64,000 bases of DNA from Escherichia phage AV118: the sequence record OR352948.1. The stretch is one strand, 5' to 3'. Under the pieces are notes generated by a model that saw only the letters and a list, made by a program, of their open reading frames with translations, did no database searches and was not told the origin of the DNA. Shown here one piece after another: positions 19,982 through 30,192 of the stretch. Position numbers and translations under genes: made by a program. Each line of letters starts with the position of its first letter. The stretch's first letter is position 1.

Positions 19982-20188
19982 CTTTTTTCAACTTACGAAC
20001 TTCTTTGCGGAGTTGTCGATTCATTTCATTCTTGACTTCAGAATCAACGCCTTTCATACGTTTCCATTTATCTGAGCGGAAGATGTTTTCAACCATGTCT
20101 TTGTGGCTAACACCGTCAGGAGCTTTACGCTTACCAAAATAGTCGTAATCGCGAACTTTCAAATCTTTACGACGATATGTTTTACCCA
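19896..20188 (-). CDS. hypothetical basic protein
   Basis: 97 aa from ATG 20188 (MGKTYRRK...), SD GAGG. Confidence 0.5.
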
Positions 20189-20196
20189 TAAGTACC

Positions 20197-20445
20197 TCAG
20201 AGGTTGATTGATACAATGCGTTTGATAAAATTCACTTCACTTACTGAAAGGTCTTTAAGACCGATTGATTCTAAACGCTGAGTAAGCGTCAACATCGTGA
20301 TATAGTCCCATTGTGTTTTAGACGTTTGATAAGTACGGACGCCATTAGCAATTTCAACATGCAAATCGGAAATGGTAACGAATACCGGTCGCTCGTCATT
20401 AACTTTAAGGGTTAGAACAACTTTCTTTGAATCTAAACTAATCAT
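20197..20445 (-). CDS. hypothetical protein
   Basis: 82 aa from ATG 20445 (MISLDSKK...), SD GAGGAAA. Confidence 0.5.
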   Translation of the reverse strand: MISLDSKKVVLTLKVNDERPVFVTISDLHVEIANGVRTYQTSKTQWDYITMLTLTQRLESIGLKDLSVSEVNFIKRIVSINL

Positions 20446-20612
20446 TTTATTTTCCTCTGTGGTAGATGGTGTTAATCTTAACATATCTATCGAGGATGTA
20501 AACTGTTTTATGAAAATATTTTTTGATTTGAGAGGGGCACAAGGAGATAGTGAAGTGAAGATTCCAATGGATTATATTAGAAATGAGATAAAGAAGACCA
20601 GGCGGCACCTGG

Positions 20613-20921
20613 TCAATCTTCTATGATATCAGAGTCATATCCTAATGAAATCAAGGACTTTTTAAACTCTGCAATATTCTTTTGTTTCTTATCATTTAAA
20701 AATATGACAGGATAACGAATATTAAGTGAAGTGAATCCTGCACGTTTAGCAAGAGATACGATTAAAGGACGGTCATATTCAATCTTACCATTATTAGTGA
20801 GGACTTTATAAAATGTATAAGGAGCATTGAGCTCCTTTAAAAGTTTTGTAACAGTATAACATCCTGGACAACGTCCAACTTCTTCAGGGATGCCATAAAT
20901 TTCAATCTTGTTGTGTTCCAC
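20613..20921 (-). CDS. nrdH: glutaredoxin/NrdH-like redoxin
   Basis: 102 aa; CPGC redox motif; position downstream of nrdG as T4 nrdH. Confidence 0.6.
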   Translation of the reverse strand: MEHNKIEIYGIPEEVGRCPGCYTVTKLLKELNAPYTFYKVLTNNGKIEYDRPLIVSLAKRAGFTSLNIRYPVIFLNDKKQKNIAEFKKSLISLGYDSDIIED

Positions 20922-20923
20922 AA

Positions 20924-21136
20924 TTATTCCTTGCCAAGAACAGAATTCAGTTTATTAGTAATTTTGTCCAAACGTTCATTGAATTCGCTGGAGGATAAAC
21001 CCTTTTCCGGAGAAATTAAACTAATCACGAAAAATACAACAGTAAAAGGAATAAGAAAAATAGCTCCAACTGCCATAAATGAAAAGAACGTTACAGTTGT
21101 AAGAAAATCAGCTAAACCTTTACGAAATTTATACAT
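20924..21136 (-). CDS. small membrane protein
   Basis: 70-aa ORF with two hydrophobic segments. Confidence 0.45.
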   Translation of the reverse strand: MYKFRKGLADFLTTVTFFSFMAVGAIFLIPFTVVFFVISLISPEKGLSSSEFNERLDKITNKLNSVLGKE

Positions 21137-21246
21137 ATTTGCCCTTAATTAACTAAGCATTGATAAGCACTAAACTATATTGCGAATAAAATTCTGGACC
21201 AAAACGAAAAATCATATCATTTATAGTATCCATAATGTAATTCAAT

Positions 21247-21717
21247 TTAATCATGTTTCCACACCCCATCGGTATTTGACCAAAGTCGCTGATTATCTGA
21301 TCCTCGCCACAGCTTTTTAGTCGGAAGATTTTTCTCATACTTCCCATCAATAATAACATCAACATATTTAAGCATTTCTAGTTGTTTAATATCTTCAAAA
21401 TTATATCCTGTCCACAACCAAATGCTTTTATTGGGATAAAGATTTTTAATAGTTTGAACCACAGAGTGAATCACATCTCTGTTATCAGGATAGAGAGGGT
21501 CACCTCCGGTTATAGTCAATCCTTCTATATAATCATTATTCAAACATTCAATTAATTGTTCTAGTGTTTCACCAGTGAATGGAATACCATTTCTAGCATT
21601 CCATGTTGATTTATTATAACACCCTTCGCATTTATGCAAACAACCCGTAACGAAAAGAACGACCCTGCAACCAGGGCCATTCACAAAATCGCAAGGATAA
21701 AATCTATCATAATTCAT
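21247..21717 (-). CDS. nrdG: anaerobic ribonucleotide reductase activating protein (radical SAM)
   Basis: 156 aa; CLHKCEGC (Cx3Cx2C) motif; ATGA coupling with nrdD. Confidence 0.9.
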   Translation of the reverse strand: MNYDRFYPCDFVNGPGCRVVLFVTGCLHKCEGCYNKSTWNARNGIPFTGETLEQLIECLNNDYIEGLTITGGDPLYPDNRDVIHSVVQTIKNLYPNKSIWLWTGYNFEDIKQLEMLKYVDVIIDGKYEKNLPTKKLWRGSDNQRLWSNTDGVWKHD

Positions 21718-23531
21718 TGGTGTTTAACCCTATGCATGATTTCTTTATTTTTACCGAGATTAAATCCGCGTTCGTTCGGATTTCCCAAATAACCGCATGT
21801 TCTTCTTATGGTGTTCATCTTTTTAGGATCAGTTTCTCCACAGATAGAACAAACAAATCCGTTTTCAGTAGGAGTCATTTCATGGGTACTTCCACATGTA
21901 AAACATTTATCTACTGGCATATTAACACCAAAATAATCTAAATGTTGTGCAGCATAATCCCACACGGCCTCAAGTCCTTTTAAGTTATTTTTCATATCAG
22001 GAAGTTCAACATAAGAAATGTGACCACCTGTCGCAATGAAATGATATGGCGCTTCACGAGAAATCTTTTCAAACGGAGTAATATTTTCTTCTACTGAAAC
22101 GTGGAAACTGTTAGTGTACCAGCCTTTATCGGTAACATCTTTTACACTTCCATATTTTTCTGTATCGAGTTTACAGAAGCGATAACAAAGGTTTTCAGCA
22201 GGAGTCGAATATAAACTAAAAGCAAATCCAGTTCTTTCGGTCCACTGCTTAAGATGAGCATTCATTTTAGTTAAAATTTCTTGCCCAATATCACGACCGA
22301 CAAGAATATTCAATTCGTGAATACCAATGTATCCTAAAGACACTGAACTTCTACCGTTTTTAAATAACTCAATTATGTCGTCATCAGGTTTAAGACGAAC
22401 CCCGAATGCACCTTCTTGGTAAAGAATAGGAGCTACAGTTGCTTTAACACCCTTTAAAGAACTAATTCTACACATCAAGGCTTCAAAACACAGATCCATT
22501 CGTTCATTGAATAATTCAACAAATTTCTGTTCATTGAACTGTGTTCCAATATAAGAATCTAATGCGATACGAGGAAGATTCAGTGTTACAACGCCGAGAT
22601 TATTACGACCGTCAAGAATTTCATTTCCAGTTGAATCTTTCCATACGCTCAAGAAACTACGGCAACCCATCGGAGAAACTGGAACTGAAGAACCGGTAAT
22701 AGCTTTATTATTCTTAACTGAAATAATGTCAGGATACATTCTTTTGCTTGCACATTCTAACGCAAGTTGTTTAATATCATAGTTTGGATCATCTTTATAA
22801 AGATTAACACCTTCTTCAAAAAACATAACAAGCTTAGGGAAAATAGGAGTTATTCCATCACGTCCAAGGCCTTTAATGCGGTTTTTAAGAATTGCCTTCT
22901 GAATCATTCGTTCAGTCCAGTCAGTTCCTGTACCAAATGTAATTGTTACAAAAGGTGTTTGTCCGTTTGAACTAAAGAGAGTATTTACTTCATATTCATA
23001 AGCTTGGAATGCATCGTATACATCTTTTTCTGTTTTAGATTGAGCATAATTCAACGCATCAGCGATTTGCCATTTTTCTGCATCCTCAATATGTTTTGCA
23101 TAGGTGCGTTTAACATAAGGAGAAAGTACTTTATCTACATTAGCAAAAGTCGTTCCGCCGTATTGATGGGAAGCAACCTGTGCAGTAATTTGTGCCATAA
23201 TTGCAGTAGCAACACCGATTGATTTAGGAGTTTCAATCTGTGCATTACCAAGCTTAAATCCATTCTCAAGCATTCCTTTTAAATCTACTAAACAGCAATT
23301 AGTAAAAGGCAATGATATACTGTAATCTAAATCGTGAAAATGAATTAATCCGACATTATGAGCATTTACAATATGGCTCGGAAGAATACTACAAGCGATA
23401 TGTTTAGAAACAATACCGGCCATTAAATCTCTTTTTGTTGGAAAGACACGAGAATCTTTGTTGGCATTTTCGGTATTTAATTCTTTATCTTTATTTGAAA
23501 TAAAATTTAAAACATCTTTCTCTAAAGACAT
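21714..23531 (-). CDS. nrdD: anaerobic ribonucleoside-triphosphate reductase (class III)
   Basis: 605 aa; C-terminal glycyl-radical motif RRTCGYLG; uninterrupted ORF. Confidence 0.95.
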   Translation of the reverse strand: MSLEKDVLNFISNKDKELNTENANKDSRVFPTKRDLMAGIVSKHIACSILPSHIVNAHNVGLIHFHDLDYSISLPFTNCCLVDLKGMLENGFKLGNAQIETPKSIGVATAIMAQITAQVASHQYGGTTFANVDKVLSPYVKRTYAKHIEDAEKWQIADALNYAQSKTEKDVYDAFQAYEYEVNTLFSSNGQTPFVTITFGTGTDWTERMIQKAILKNRIKGLGRDGITPIFPKLVMFFEEGVNLYKDDPNYDIKQLALECASKRMYPDIISVKNNKAITGSSVPVSPMGCRSFLSVWKDSTGNEILDGRNNLGVVTLNLPRIALDSYIGTQFNEQKFVELFNERMDLCFEALMCRISSLKGVKATVAPILYQEGAFGVRLKPDDDIIELFKNGRSSVSLGYIGIHELNILVGRDIGQEILTKMNAHLKQWTERTGFAFSLYSTPAENLCYRFCKLDTEKYGSVKDVTDKGWYTNSFHVSVEENITPFEKISREAPYHFIATGGHISYVELPDMKNNLKGLEAVWDYAAQHLDYFGVNMPVDKCFTCGSTHEMTPTENGFVCSICGETDPKKMNTIRRTCGYLGNPNERGFNLGKNKEIMHRVKHQ

Positions 23532-24343
23532 AATTCTAATTTATCCTTTTGAAATTCTTCGTCTAAATATGGGTTCCAACCCATTTTAAACCTTTTGATG
23601 AAATTATCAATTCTAAATTTCGGTAAATTTAACTCCGCAAAAATAGATGATTTACTTTTAAAATCTGGACCTAAATAATCATATAAAATTTCTGCGTATT
23701 TTAACCATAATATATAAGTACCAGATTTAATTGCTCTAGGAGTTTTCCAAGGTTTTACGCCGTACATCGGATTTCCACTTCCTTTATGCCTGATAGAAGA
23801 TGAAATTCCAATTTTAATTTTAGCTTCCTTTGTGTGCGAAAATCCATGATGTGGATTTTCTTTCCAGTATTTTTTAGAAGCTTCTGATATTTTCTTTCTG
23901 GCTAAATTAGTATGATGCTTTCCATAAAATCCATGATTTTTACCTTTATTACGATTTCTTTTAATCATGGTTATTGATTGCTTTTCTCTAGTTTCTTTAG
24001 AAGGAGAAACACCGTACGTTGTAAATTGACCATTAGCATATGCTAAATTAAAATACTCTTTATTCCATATATCTTTTTCTATATTCTTTTGAAATTCAGC
24101 TTCAATGCTAGTTATTTGTTCATCTCCGACTAATTGAAAATATAATATTTCAACTTTCGGTGTTTCTTTCAACAGAGCTTTTTGAAATTCGGAAGATGAC
24201 GAAGACGAATAATAAAATTTACCATTTTTATCAATAATATTCGTTCCGTCAAAAGTGCAATTGGTTTTACTTCCAATATAATAATATGGCGGGGTTTTAG
24301 CATTAATTCTACTAATAAATGATAGTTTATATACTACATTCAT
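23522..24343 (-). mobile_element. GIY-YIG homing endonuclease gene (Seg-like), free-standing between gene 49 and nrdD
   Basis: 273 aa; VYKLSF..YYYIGSK; NUMOD3-like GKNHGFYG, GSGNPMYG; paralog of 11818 and 16570 ORFs. Confidence 0.65.
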
Positions 24344-24813
24344 TTTAAACTCTTTCTAAGCTGCTTCTTAAATGAAGCTATTAATTGTGTTTTGGTGTCA
24401 GATTCATTATATTCAAATCCTCTTTGAAGCATCTCGGCCATCATTTCCTCTTTTCCTAAACGAGAAAATTCCTTTGATTTATCTCCAACGAAGTTAGGGT
24501 GAATATTATTTTGGGTGTAATCGGATTTTAAATAAGTAAGTAAATTTTCTAACCATTCAAGATAATCAACGCCTTGTCCCTTTAAACCAGAGCGATTAAA
24601 TTTATGTTTCATTTGACCTTCTGCAGCATTGCAGAGATTACAAAGCAATCCACGTACCTTTCCTGCTTTTGGTCCATTTAATTCATGGTCATGATCGAGG
24701 TGATTAGCTTGAACATCAGGATTTAGTTCTCGTTGGCAAATTAAGCATTTACCGTTTTGTGCATCATAAAATTTCTGTTTTTCTTCTTTATATAATTTGC
24801 CAGTCAATAACAT
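24340..24813 (-). CDS. 49: endonuclease VII (Holliday junction resolvase)
   Basis: 157 aa; Zn-binding CLICQ...HLDHDH...CNLCN; sequence matches T4 gp49. Confidence 0.95.
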   Translation of the reverse strand: MLLTGKLYKEEKQKFYDAQNGKCLICQRELNPDVQANHLDHDHELNGPKAGKVRGLLCNLCNAAEGQMKHKFNRSGLKGQGVDYLEWLENLLTYLKSDYTQNNIHPNFVGDKSKEFSRLGKEEMMAEMLQRGFEYNESDTKTQLIASFKKQLRKSLK

Positions 24814-24819
24814 AATAAA

Positions 24820-24852
24820 ACCCTTACCTTAAATAGATAAGGGTATTTATTA
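24820..24852 (-). promoter_or_regulatory. hairpin sequestering gene 49 SD, preceded by late-promoter-like AATAAATA
   Basis: ACCCTTA...TAAGGGT inverted repeat 7 nt upstream of ATG; AATAAATA on minus strand at 24852..24845. Confidence 0.4.
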
Positions 24853-24855
24853 TTT

Positions 24856-25341
24856 TCAAGTATTGTAAAACATTTGATGCAATCGCTTATATTGCCGAAT
24901 CATTTGGTCAGAAAAAGAAATTTGAGTTTCAAGCCATTCAATGTATTCTGCGGCAGCTTGCATCAGGTTACCTTCATAGCCATCGTTATTTTCTTGTGCA
25001 GCTAATTTAGCTAATGCGTATGAAATACGTTCACCTTGAAAATCGGCTTTAGGCTTCTGAACAACTTGATTAGTTCGCTCTACAACTTCTTCAATTTCGC
25101 CATTTTCGACTGATTCAGTATTCCACAAACACCAATACGTAATTGGCTTATCGTAGATGTTAATAATCTTTCCATCAGAAAGTTCAATTTCAATAATTCC
25201 AGTATCAGGTTCTATATCATCTTCACATTCTTTTGCAAGTTCACGAACTTTAAAGACAGTACCTGCACTAAGTTCCGGCCAGTAATTACACAGCCCTGTA
25301 TCAGCACGATTAATTCTAAACCACTTATCTACTGTAATCAT
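24856..25341 (-). CDS. hypothetical protein (pin-like by position and size)
   Basis: 161 aa from internal Met; lies where T4 pin lies; no motif support. Confidence 0.4.
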   Translation of the reverse strand: MITVDKWFRINRADTGLCNYWPELSAGTVFKVRELAKECEDDIEPDTGIIEIELSDGKIINIYDKPITYWCLWNTESVENGEIEEVVERTNQVVQKPKADFQGERISYALAKLAAQENNDGYEGNLMQAAAEYIEWLETQISFSDQMIRQYKRLHQMFYNT

Positions 25342-25464
25342 GTCCCATCTCCATATCAATTAAGTCATTTATCGTTGGTTCATTATACACCGTTTCTTCA
25401 TCAGTGTAAACCGGTTCTTCCGGCTCTGGCTCTACAGTTTCCCATCTAGCCGCCCACCAAGGTT

Positions 25465-25785
25465 TTATAGCGTAATCCATTCTCTTACTGTCTGAGTTAC
25501 TACACGTTCTCGAAGCTCAACCAGTTCAACGGTAGGAACTGCATAATACCAATCAGAATGGTAAGAACCTGAGCGAGATTCATTTACAGCCACATGTACA
25601 TTATGTTTTGGACTAAAATAAACACACTGACGATATTGGCATTTACCATCTTGCACCCAGTCTTCTATTTCGACAGGTTTAAGATAATCGGAAAAATCGA
25701 AATCATAGTTTTCTGAAAATGCATCATGGTCTTCAATGATTTCACTCAGAACTGCATCAACATCTAATTTATTTTCAATAGTCAT
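25465..25785 (-). CDS. hypothetical protein
   Basis: 106-aa ORF. Confidence 0.5.
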   Translation of the reverse strand: MTIENKLDVDAVLSEIIEDHDAFSENYDFDFSDYLKPVEIEDWVQDGKCQYRQCVYFSPKHNVHVAVNESRSGSYHSDWYYAVPTVELVELRERVVTQTVREWITL

Positions 25786-25795
25786 TTTTCACCAA

Positions 25796-26005
25796 TTAAT
25801 TTCGCAATTTATTAAGTTCTTCATAATCAATCCAGGATTCTAATCCTGATGGCAAATCAGATTCAATTTCCCAAAGAAGTTCTTCAATTTTATGAAGACG
25901 ATCTAGTTCTTCAGCAGGAATAGTAACCATTGACGGAGCTTTTGCTACATTAATATCGTAAATCATATTTACCCCAGTTTGACCATACAATCGCCGTATT
26001 TCCAC
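25796..26005 (-). CDS. hypothetical protein
   Basis: 69-aa ORF. Confidence 0.45.
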   Translation of the reverse strand: MEIRRLYGQTGVNMIYDINVAKAPSMVTIPAEELDRLHKIEELLWEIESDLPSGLESWIDYEELNKLRN

Positions 26006-26184
26006 TTAGAAATAGACTTTTCACCGTTAGAATAATAAACTTCAAGTTTAGCACGATTATTTTTAATTTGAATAACCTTTGCTGTCATCAAAGTTCCATA
26101 CCCATAATAAACTGCAACTTCATCACCTACATATACCGCGCTTCCGCGGTAATCGTGAATATAGTCAGTTCCTTCGAGCATCAT
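25969..26184 (-). CDS. hypothetical protein
   Basis: 71-aa ORF. Confidence 0.45.
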   Translation of the reverse strand: MMLEGTDYIHDYRGSAVYVGDEVAVYYGYGTLMTAKVIQIKNNRAKLEVYYSNGEKSISKWKYGDCMVKLG

Positions 26185-26444
26185 TTAAAATATTCTCGCA
26201 GTTGGTCAAATCCACCAATATGACTTCCATCAGGAGCAAATACTTGTGGCATTGTCAAACCAATTTGAGTATCACGACCTAGTTTAGCCAGAAGCTCAGC
26301 GATTTTCTCATCATCAAAAACACCTTTTTCCGGCATAATGTTGATAAATTCAAACGGCTGTTTCTTCACGGTCAAAAGACGTTTTGCATTATCGCAATAC
26401 ACACATTTATGAATGTTGCTATCATAACCATATACTTTAAACAT
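26181..26444 (-). CDS. nrdC: thioredoxin (glutaredoxin-like)
   Basis: 87 aa; CVYC active site; sequence matches T4 NrdC. Confidence 0.9.
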   Translation of the reverse strand: MFKVYGYDSNIHKCVYCDNAKRLLTVKKQPFEFINIMPEKGVFDDEKIAELLAKLGRDTQIGLTMPQVFAPDGSHIGGFDQLREYFK

Positions 26445-26466
26445 ATTATTCCTTAATTCCTAGTAC

Positions 26467-26688
26467 TCATTTAAAAGTCTCGTCGTAATCAAGACTTTGG
26501 CCCGTTTGTTCTTTATGTTTGTATATAATATCACTTACTTCTGATAGCATATTTTTATATGAACGAGTTAAAGCAGATTTAAGCACGCTGTATCTATCAG
26601 GAAATTTACCATGTTCATTATAATACGCTATTGCTAATTCACGGACTGCCTTTTCAGCAGTCTCCGTATATTCTTTACGCTTTGTCAT
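26467..26688 (-). CDS. hypothetical protein
   Basis: 73-aa ORF. Confidence 0.45.
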   Translation of the reverse strand: MTKRKEYTETAEKAVRELAIAYYNEHGKFPDRYSVLKSALTRSYKNMLSEVSDIIYKHKEQTGQSLDYDETFK

Positions 26689-26690
26689 TT

Positions 26691-27080
26691 TTAATCCAAA
26701 ATATTATTAGGCATTGGTTGAACACTCACAAGTTCTTTAAAGAACTCAGTAGAATCAGGCAATTTAACCATTTCCGGAGCATGCTTACTGAATTTATGTT
26801 TACATTGACGGCATTTATATTCAAGCTCTGGTTTACGCCAGTTAATCAATTGAACTTGTTCAGTACCGCATTCAGGGCAATTAGGAACGTTTTTAGAAGC
26901 TCTTTCACGTCGTTCAACCATAGCCATAATAGCATCCCATGCTGGAGGTTTAAAATCTAAATCGTCGCAGCCGTGAATCTTTCCACGCATTTCCATATCA
27001 TCTTCCTCACCAGCCATAATAATTTTAATTAAACTGGAATTACTTGAAGCTGCAATGTCTTCTAATAAACGCTTTTTCAT
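26691..27080 (-). CDS. zinc-ribbon protein
   Basis: 129 aa; CPECG...CRQCKH Cys4 pattern. Confidence 0.5.
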   Translation of the reverse strand: MKKRLLEDIAASSNSSLIKIIMAGEEDDMEMRGKIHGCDDLDFKPPAWDAIMAMVERRERASKNVPNCPECGTEQVQLINWRKPELEYKCRQCKHKFSKHAPEMVKLPDSTEFFKELVSVQPMPNNILD

Positions 27081-28027
27081 TTCAATACCTCAATAGCATT
27101 ACGTAAACCATTTGCTTTTGCATTAAGAGCTTTTAACAATTTGGTGTGTTCTGCAATTTGGGCTTCAACTCCAATCAAACGGGCATTGAGATATTCACGT
27201 TCTTCACTCAGATTATCAACCTTTTCTACTTTAGGCTCTTTTACAACTGTCTTATATGTATTAGGGTTCTTCAGTTTAATTAGAATGCGTGAACTGTACA
27301 GCATTGAATCATTATCTTCGGATTCGTCGAACGTTTCAACAACATCCATAGTCTCTAACAATGTAATAAGTTTATAAGACAACGAACGAATAGTTTTGTT
27401 GTGCTTATTAATTTCTTCGGCTTTCATGGTACCGAGATTACGTGAGTAATAATAAGGAACCTGGATATCAATTGATAATGATGCGTTACCATTACCGGTT
27501 GGTTTGAATACTGCAGTAACCCAATCTTTAACATGAACTTTATTTGTACGACCATCACCGCCTGTGAATAATTTACGAGAATGTTTAAAAAGCATATTCA
27601 CTTGTTTATTGAATTCACAAGCAAATTTATCAGCGAATTTAGTTTCAGGAATGGTAGATAACCAATCAGCCAAATGAGTCTTTTTAACATCATTAACAAT
27701 AGTGAATTCAACCAAATCGGTTTTAGATGTCACAGATTTAATAAAGCTCGGCTTCATAAAGTTTTTAATGTTATCGCGAGCTACAGTAGAAGATAATAAA
27801 CGAGAACGTTTGAACCATTGAAGCAGTGTCCCTAATGAATGAGAATACGCATTCTGAGTATCTTTACAGATATGATTTTCTTGGCCTGTATATGTACCAA
27901 AATCTCGAAGAATACCACTTACTACATCTCGGTGTGGAACATCAAATCCTAGTGCACCAGAAGCGCGCTGAGCATGAACGTTAGCGATAAGACCGGCAAA
28001 GTATTCAATGTAATGTGAACGTGTCAT
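27077..28027 (-). CDS. hypothetical protein with C-terminal coiled coil
   Basis: 316-aa ORF. Confidence 0.55.
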   Translation of the reverse strand: MTRSHYIEYFAGLIANVHAQRASGALGFDVPHRDVVSGILRDFGTYTGQENHICKDTQNAYSHSLGTLLQWFKRSRLLSSTVARDNIKNFMKPSFIKSVTSKTDLVEFTIVNDVKKTHLADWLSTIPETKFADKFACEFNKQVNMLFKHSRKLFTGGDGRTNKVHVKDWVTAVFKPTGNGNASLSIDIQVPYYYSRNLGTMKAEEINKHNKTIRSLSYKLITLLETMDVVETFDESEDNDSMLYSSRILIKLKNPNTYKTVVKEPKVEKVDNLSEEREYLNARLIGVEAQIAEHTKLLKALNAKANGLRNAIEVLK

Positions 28028-28054
28028 AATATTTTCCTCTCGTTAAGATAGAAA

Positions 28055-28083
28055 GATTATACTCCAACCATCCTTGGTTGTAC
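28055..28083 (-). promoter_or_regulatory. sigma70/T4-early-type promoter TGTACA-N17-TATAAT
   Basis: Hexamers and 17-nt spacer read on minus strand; spacer contains small inverted repeat. Confidence 0.5.
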
Positions 28084-28084
28084 A

Positions 28085-29080
28085 TCATTCCTTAAGAAGT
28101 TTTACTACCTGAATAAGATTAGCTCGTTCTGTTTTATTTTTACCGTTTAAGCCTGCTAATCGTGAGATTTCATCGTCGGTCTGTTGAATAGTTACATTAA
28201 GTTCGTTAATCAAAGCTTCAAAGTATTTGATTTGCTCAGCATGTTTTGATTCAAATTTCTGAACCGGAATAACGTCTTGGTTTAGTTCATCAATAAGGTC
28301 TTTAAGAGCATCTTCTTGGTTGATATCATATTCAACTTCTTTTATTTCTTCAACAAGCTCGTCTTTATATCTAACGTCTTTTAGTCCTGGGATCGGGCCT
28401 AAAATCTCTTCTTTAAGAGTACAAACATATCCAATACGGTATCCAATGCCGTCTCGCTTGATATCAACTTCGTCGATAAATCCACAATGTTTAAAACCAG
28501 AGCCGATTAGGTCAAAATATCCTTGACGTCGTCCTTCAAACGTTACACGAACTACTAAGATGGTTTTGCCACCAACCTTTTGAAGCTCACATTTATAAAA
28601 GTCTGTTGAACCTGAATAACGTGGATGAGTTTTAAAGTTCATCTGACGATCTAGGCCCATTTGTAAACGTGCTGTTACGGCCAGAAAACGTGTTTGGTTC
28701 TCGTTAAGATGAGCAACAATCCATTTCAAAGGCATTTTACCATGTTCACGACCGAACAAATCAGTACGTCCTAAATTACGCAGGATATTGTTAGAGTTAA
28801 TCATCGACAGAACGTTAAGTTTATTCAGCGCGCTGAAGATTCCATCGGCCATTGATTTTCCGTAACCTTTACATGCTTTAATAAGCGCTCGCGGTAGATT
28901 AGTATAGATTTCAGACGGCATATGAAAATCAAATTTACTAGTCAGTAATTGATGAACTTGGATAGCAATTTGTTCATAATTAAGTGCTCTGCGATCGTTA
29001 TGGTCTTTAAACCACACTTTAATCTGTGAAGCACATAAACCGTTAATTTCATGTTTTACCGCATCAGATGTAATGCTCAT
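28085..29080 (-). CDS. hypothetical protein with C-terminal coiled coil
   Basis: 331-aa ORF. Confidence 0.55.
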   Translation of the reverse strand: MSITSDAVKHEINGLCASQIKVWFKDHNDRRALNYEQIAIQVHQLLTSKFDFHMPSEIYTNLPRALIKACKGYGKSMADGIFSALNKLNVLSMINSNNILRNLGRTDLFGREHGKMPLKWIVAHLNENQTRFLAVTARLQMGLDRQMNFKTHPRYSGSTDFYKCELQKVGGKTILVVRVTFEGRRQGYFDLIGSGFKHCGFIDEVDIKRDGIGYRIGYVCTLKEEILGPIPGLKDVRYKDELVEEIKEVEYDINQEDALKDLIDELNQDVIPVQKFESKHAEQIKYFEALINELNVTIQQTDDEISRLAGLNGKNKTERANLIQVVKLLKE

Positions 29081-29142
29081 AACTATTTCCTCAGATTGAA
29101 TTGGAATTCAAAACCATTATAACCCGTCCTTGGGTAAAGCGT

Positions 29143-29670
29143 TTATGCGTGAACCGTCTTTAAACGTTCTTCAAATTTCCGAAGAGTACTAATACGTTCT
29201 GCTTTCTGTTTTGTATAGTTTGCAATACGTTCTGAAGTGAGAGCGTATCGTTCGTTTACTGATTCTTTCATGAAGTCAGGGATTTCACGAGAAGCTTTAA
29301 TTTCATCAAACTTATCGAGTACTGCCTGGTCTTCAGCGATTAAATTTTCGTACATCTCGATATCTTTCTTGATAAACTCGATATCTTCCTGGGTTACTTT
29401 GGATAAACGAGATGCTTTATCCTTTTTGTACTGCTCGTTAGTTTCACGAGACCAGAATAATGTACGTTTTTTGTTAGTGTTTTTGTAGACTTCCACAATT
29501 CCAACTGAATCGATGATAACAATCCAATTCCAGCGAGATTTGAAAATCTGACCTCCGTCCACGGTAATCTCGTTACCATAAGCAATGTCATTAAAGAACT
29601 TACTTTGTGCTTCAGATTTAAATTTACCGTCGTTATAATTTACCAGGTTGAAAATATCTTTAGCGTTCAT
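29143..29670 (-). CDS. hypothetical protein
   Basis: 175-aa ORF, SD GGAGG. Confidence 0.55.
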   Translation of the reverse strand: MNAKDIFNLVNYNDGKFKSEAQSKFFNDIAYGNEITVDGGQIFKSRWNWIVIIDSVGIVEVYKNTNKKRTLFWSRETNEQYKKDKASRLSKVTQEDIEFIKKDIEMYENLIAEDQAVLDKFDEIKASREIPDFMKESVNERYALTSERIANYTKQKAERISTLRKFEERLKTVHA

Positions 29671-29697
29671 GTTTTACCTCCAGTAGTTGATAGGTCT

Positions 29698-29726
29698 ATA
29701 ATAACATAACCATAGACCTTGTAAAC
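29698..29726 (-). promoter_or_regulatory. T4-early-type promoter GTTTAC-N17-TATTAT in palindromic element
   Basis: Member of repeated GATAGGTCTAT...ATAGACC family. Confidence 0.5.
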
Positions 29727-29728
29727 AA

Positions 29729-30016
29729 CTAAAAGAAACTTTTTTCGGTATTTTTTCCACTGAACCAAACAGACTTCGGGATTTTTTGTAATTTTTCAGA
29801 TTTAAGTTTCTCTTCCTGTTCTTTCTTATATACACCCTTGTCGTACTGGAGCATCTCTATGGCATTCTTTTGCAAACGATCTAAGGTAATTAAGGCTTTA
29901 GTTTTTCCTTTCAAGGAAGAGTCTTGGCGAACCTCCTCGCTATATTGCATCGTAGAACTAACCATACGATGAGCATACAGTTCTACTGCGGCTTTAATTT
30001 TTTGCATAAAATCCAT
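29729..30016 (-). CDS. hypothetical protein
   Basis: 95-aa ORF. Confidence 0.45.
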   Translation of the reverse strand: MDFMQKIKAAVELYAHRMVSSTMQYSEEVRQDSSLKGKTKALITLDRLQKNAIEMLQYDKGVYKKEQEEKLKSEKLQKIPKSVWFSGKNTEKSFF

Positions 30017-30192
30017 AACATATCCTCTTTGATTTGTACATCATTATTTTTAAATATTTCTATGCCCTCAGTAGGTTCCTGGTGTCCTTCTTTGAGGTAA
30101 GCCATATGATTATTCATCTTTATGGCTTTTGTTACCTCAGAACTTCCTATAAAGCTTATTTCAGTAAAGTAACTTCCGAGATTTCTTCCCAA
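29983..30192 (-). CDS. hypothetical protein (start uncertain)
   Basis: 69-aa ORF overlapping both neighbours; likely shorter. Confidence 0.3.
   Translation of the reverse strand: MGRNLGSYFTEISFIGSSEVTKAIKMNNHMAYLKEGHQEPTEGIEIFKNNDVQIKEDMLWILCKKLKPQ

Noticed and set aside
20913-21152. 79-aa plus-strand ORF
   Set aside because: Overlaps a minus-strand membrane-protein ORF that fits the uniformly minus-strand operon organisation; the plus-strand frame lacks an SD.
21153-21365. 70-aa minus-strand ORF
   Set aside because: Mostly overlaps nrdG in another frame; only a very short non-overlapping tail remains.
23522-24343. Group I intron carrying the homing endonuclease inside nrdD, as with I-TevII in T4
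   Set aside because: nrdD is one uninterrupted 605-aa ORF and the endonuclease gene lies upstream of it as a free-standing gene, so no intron is indicated.
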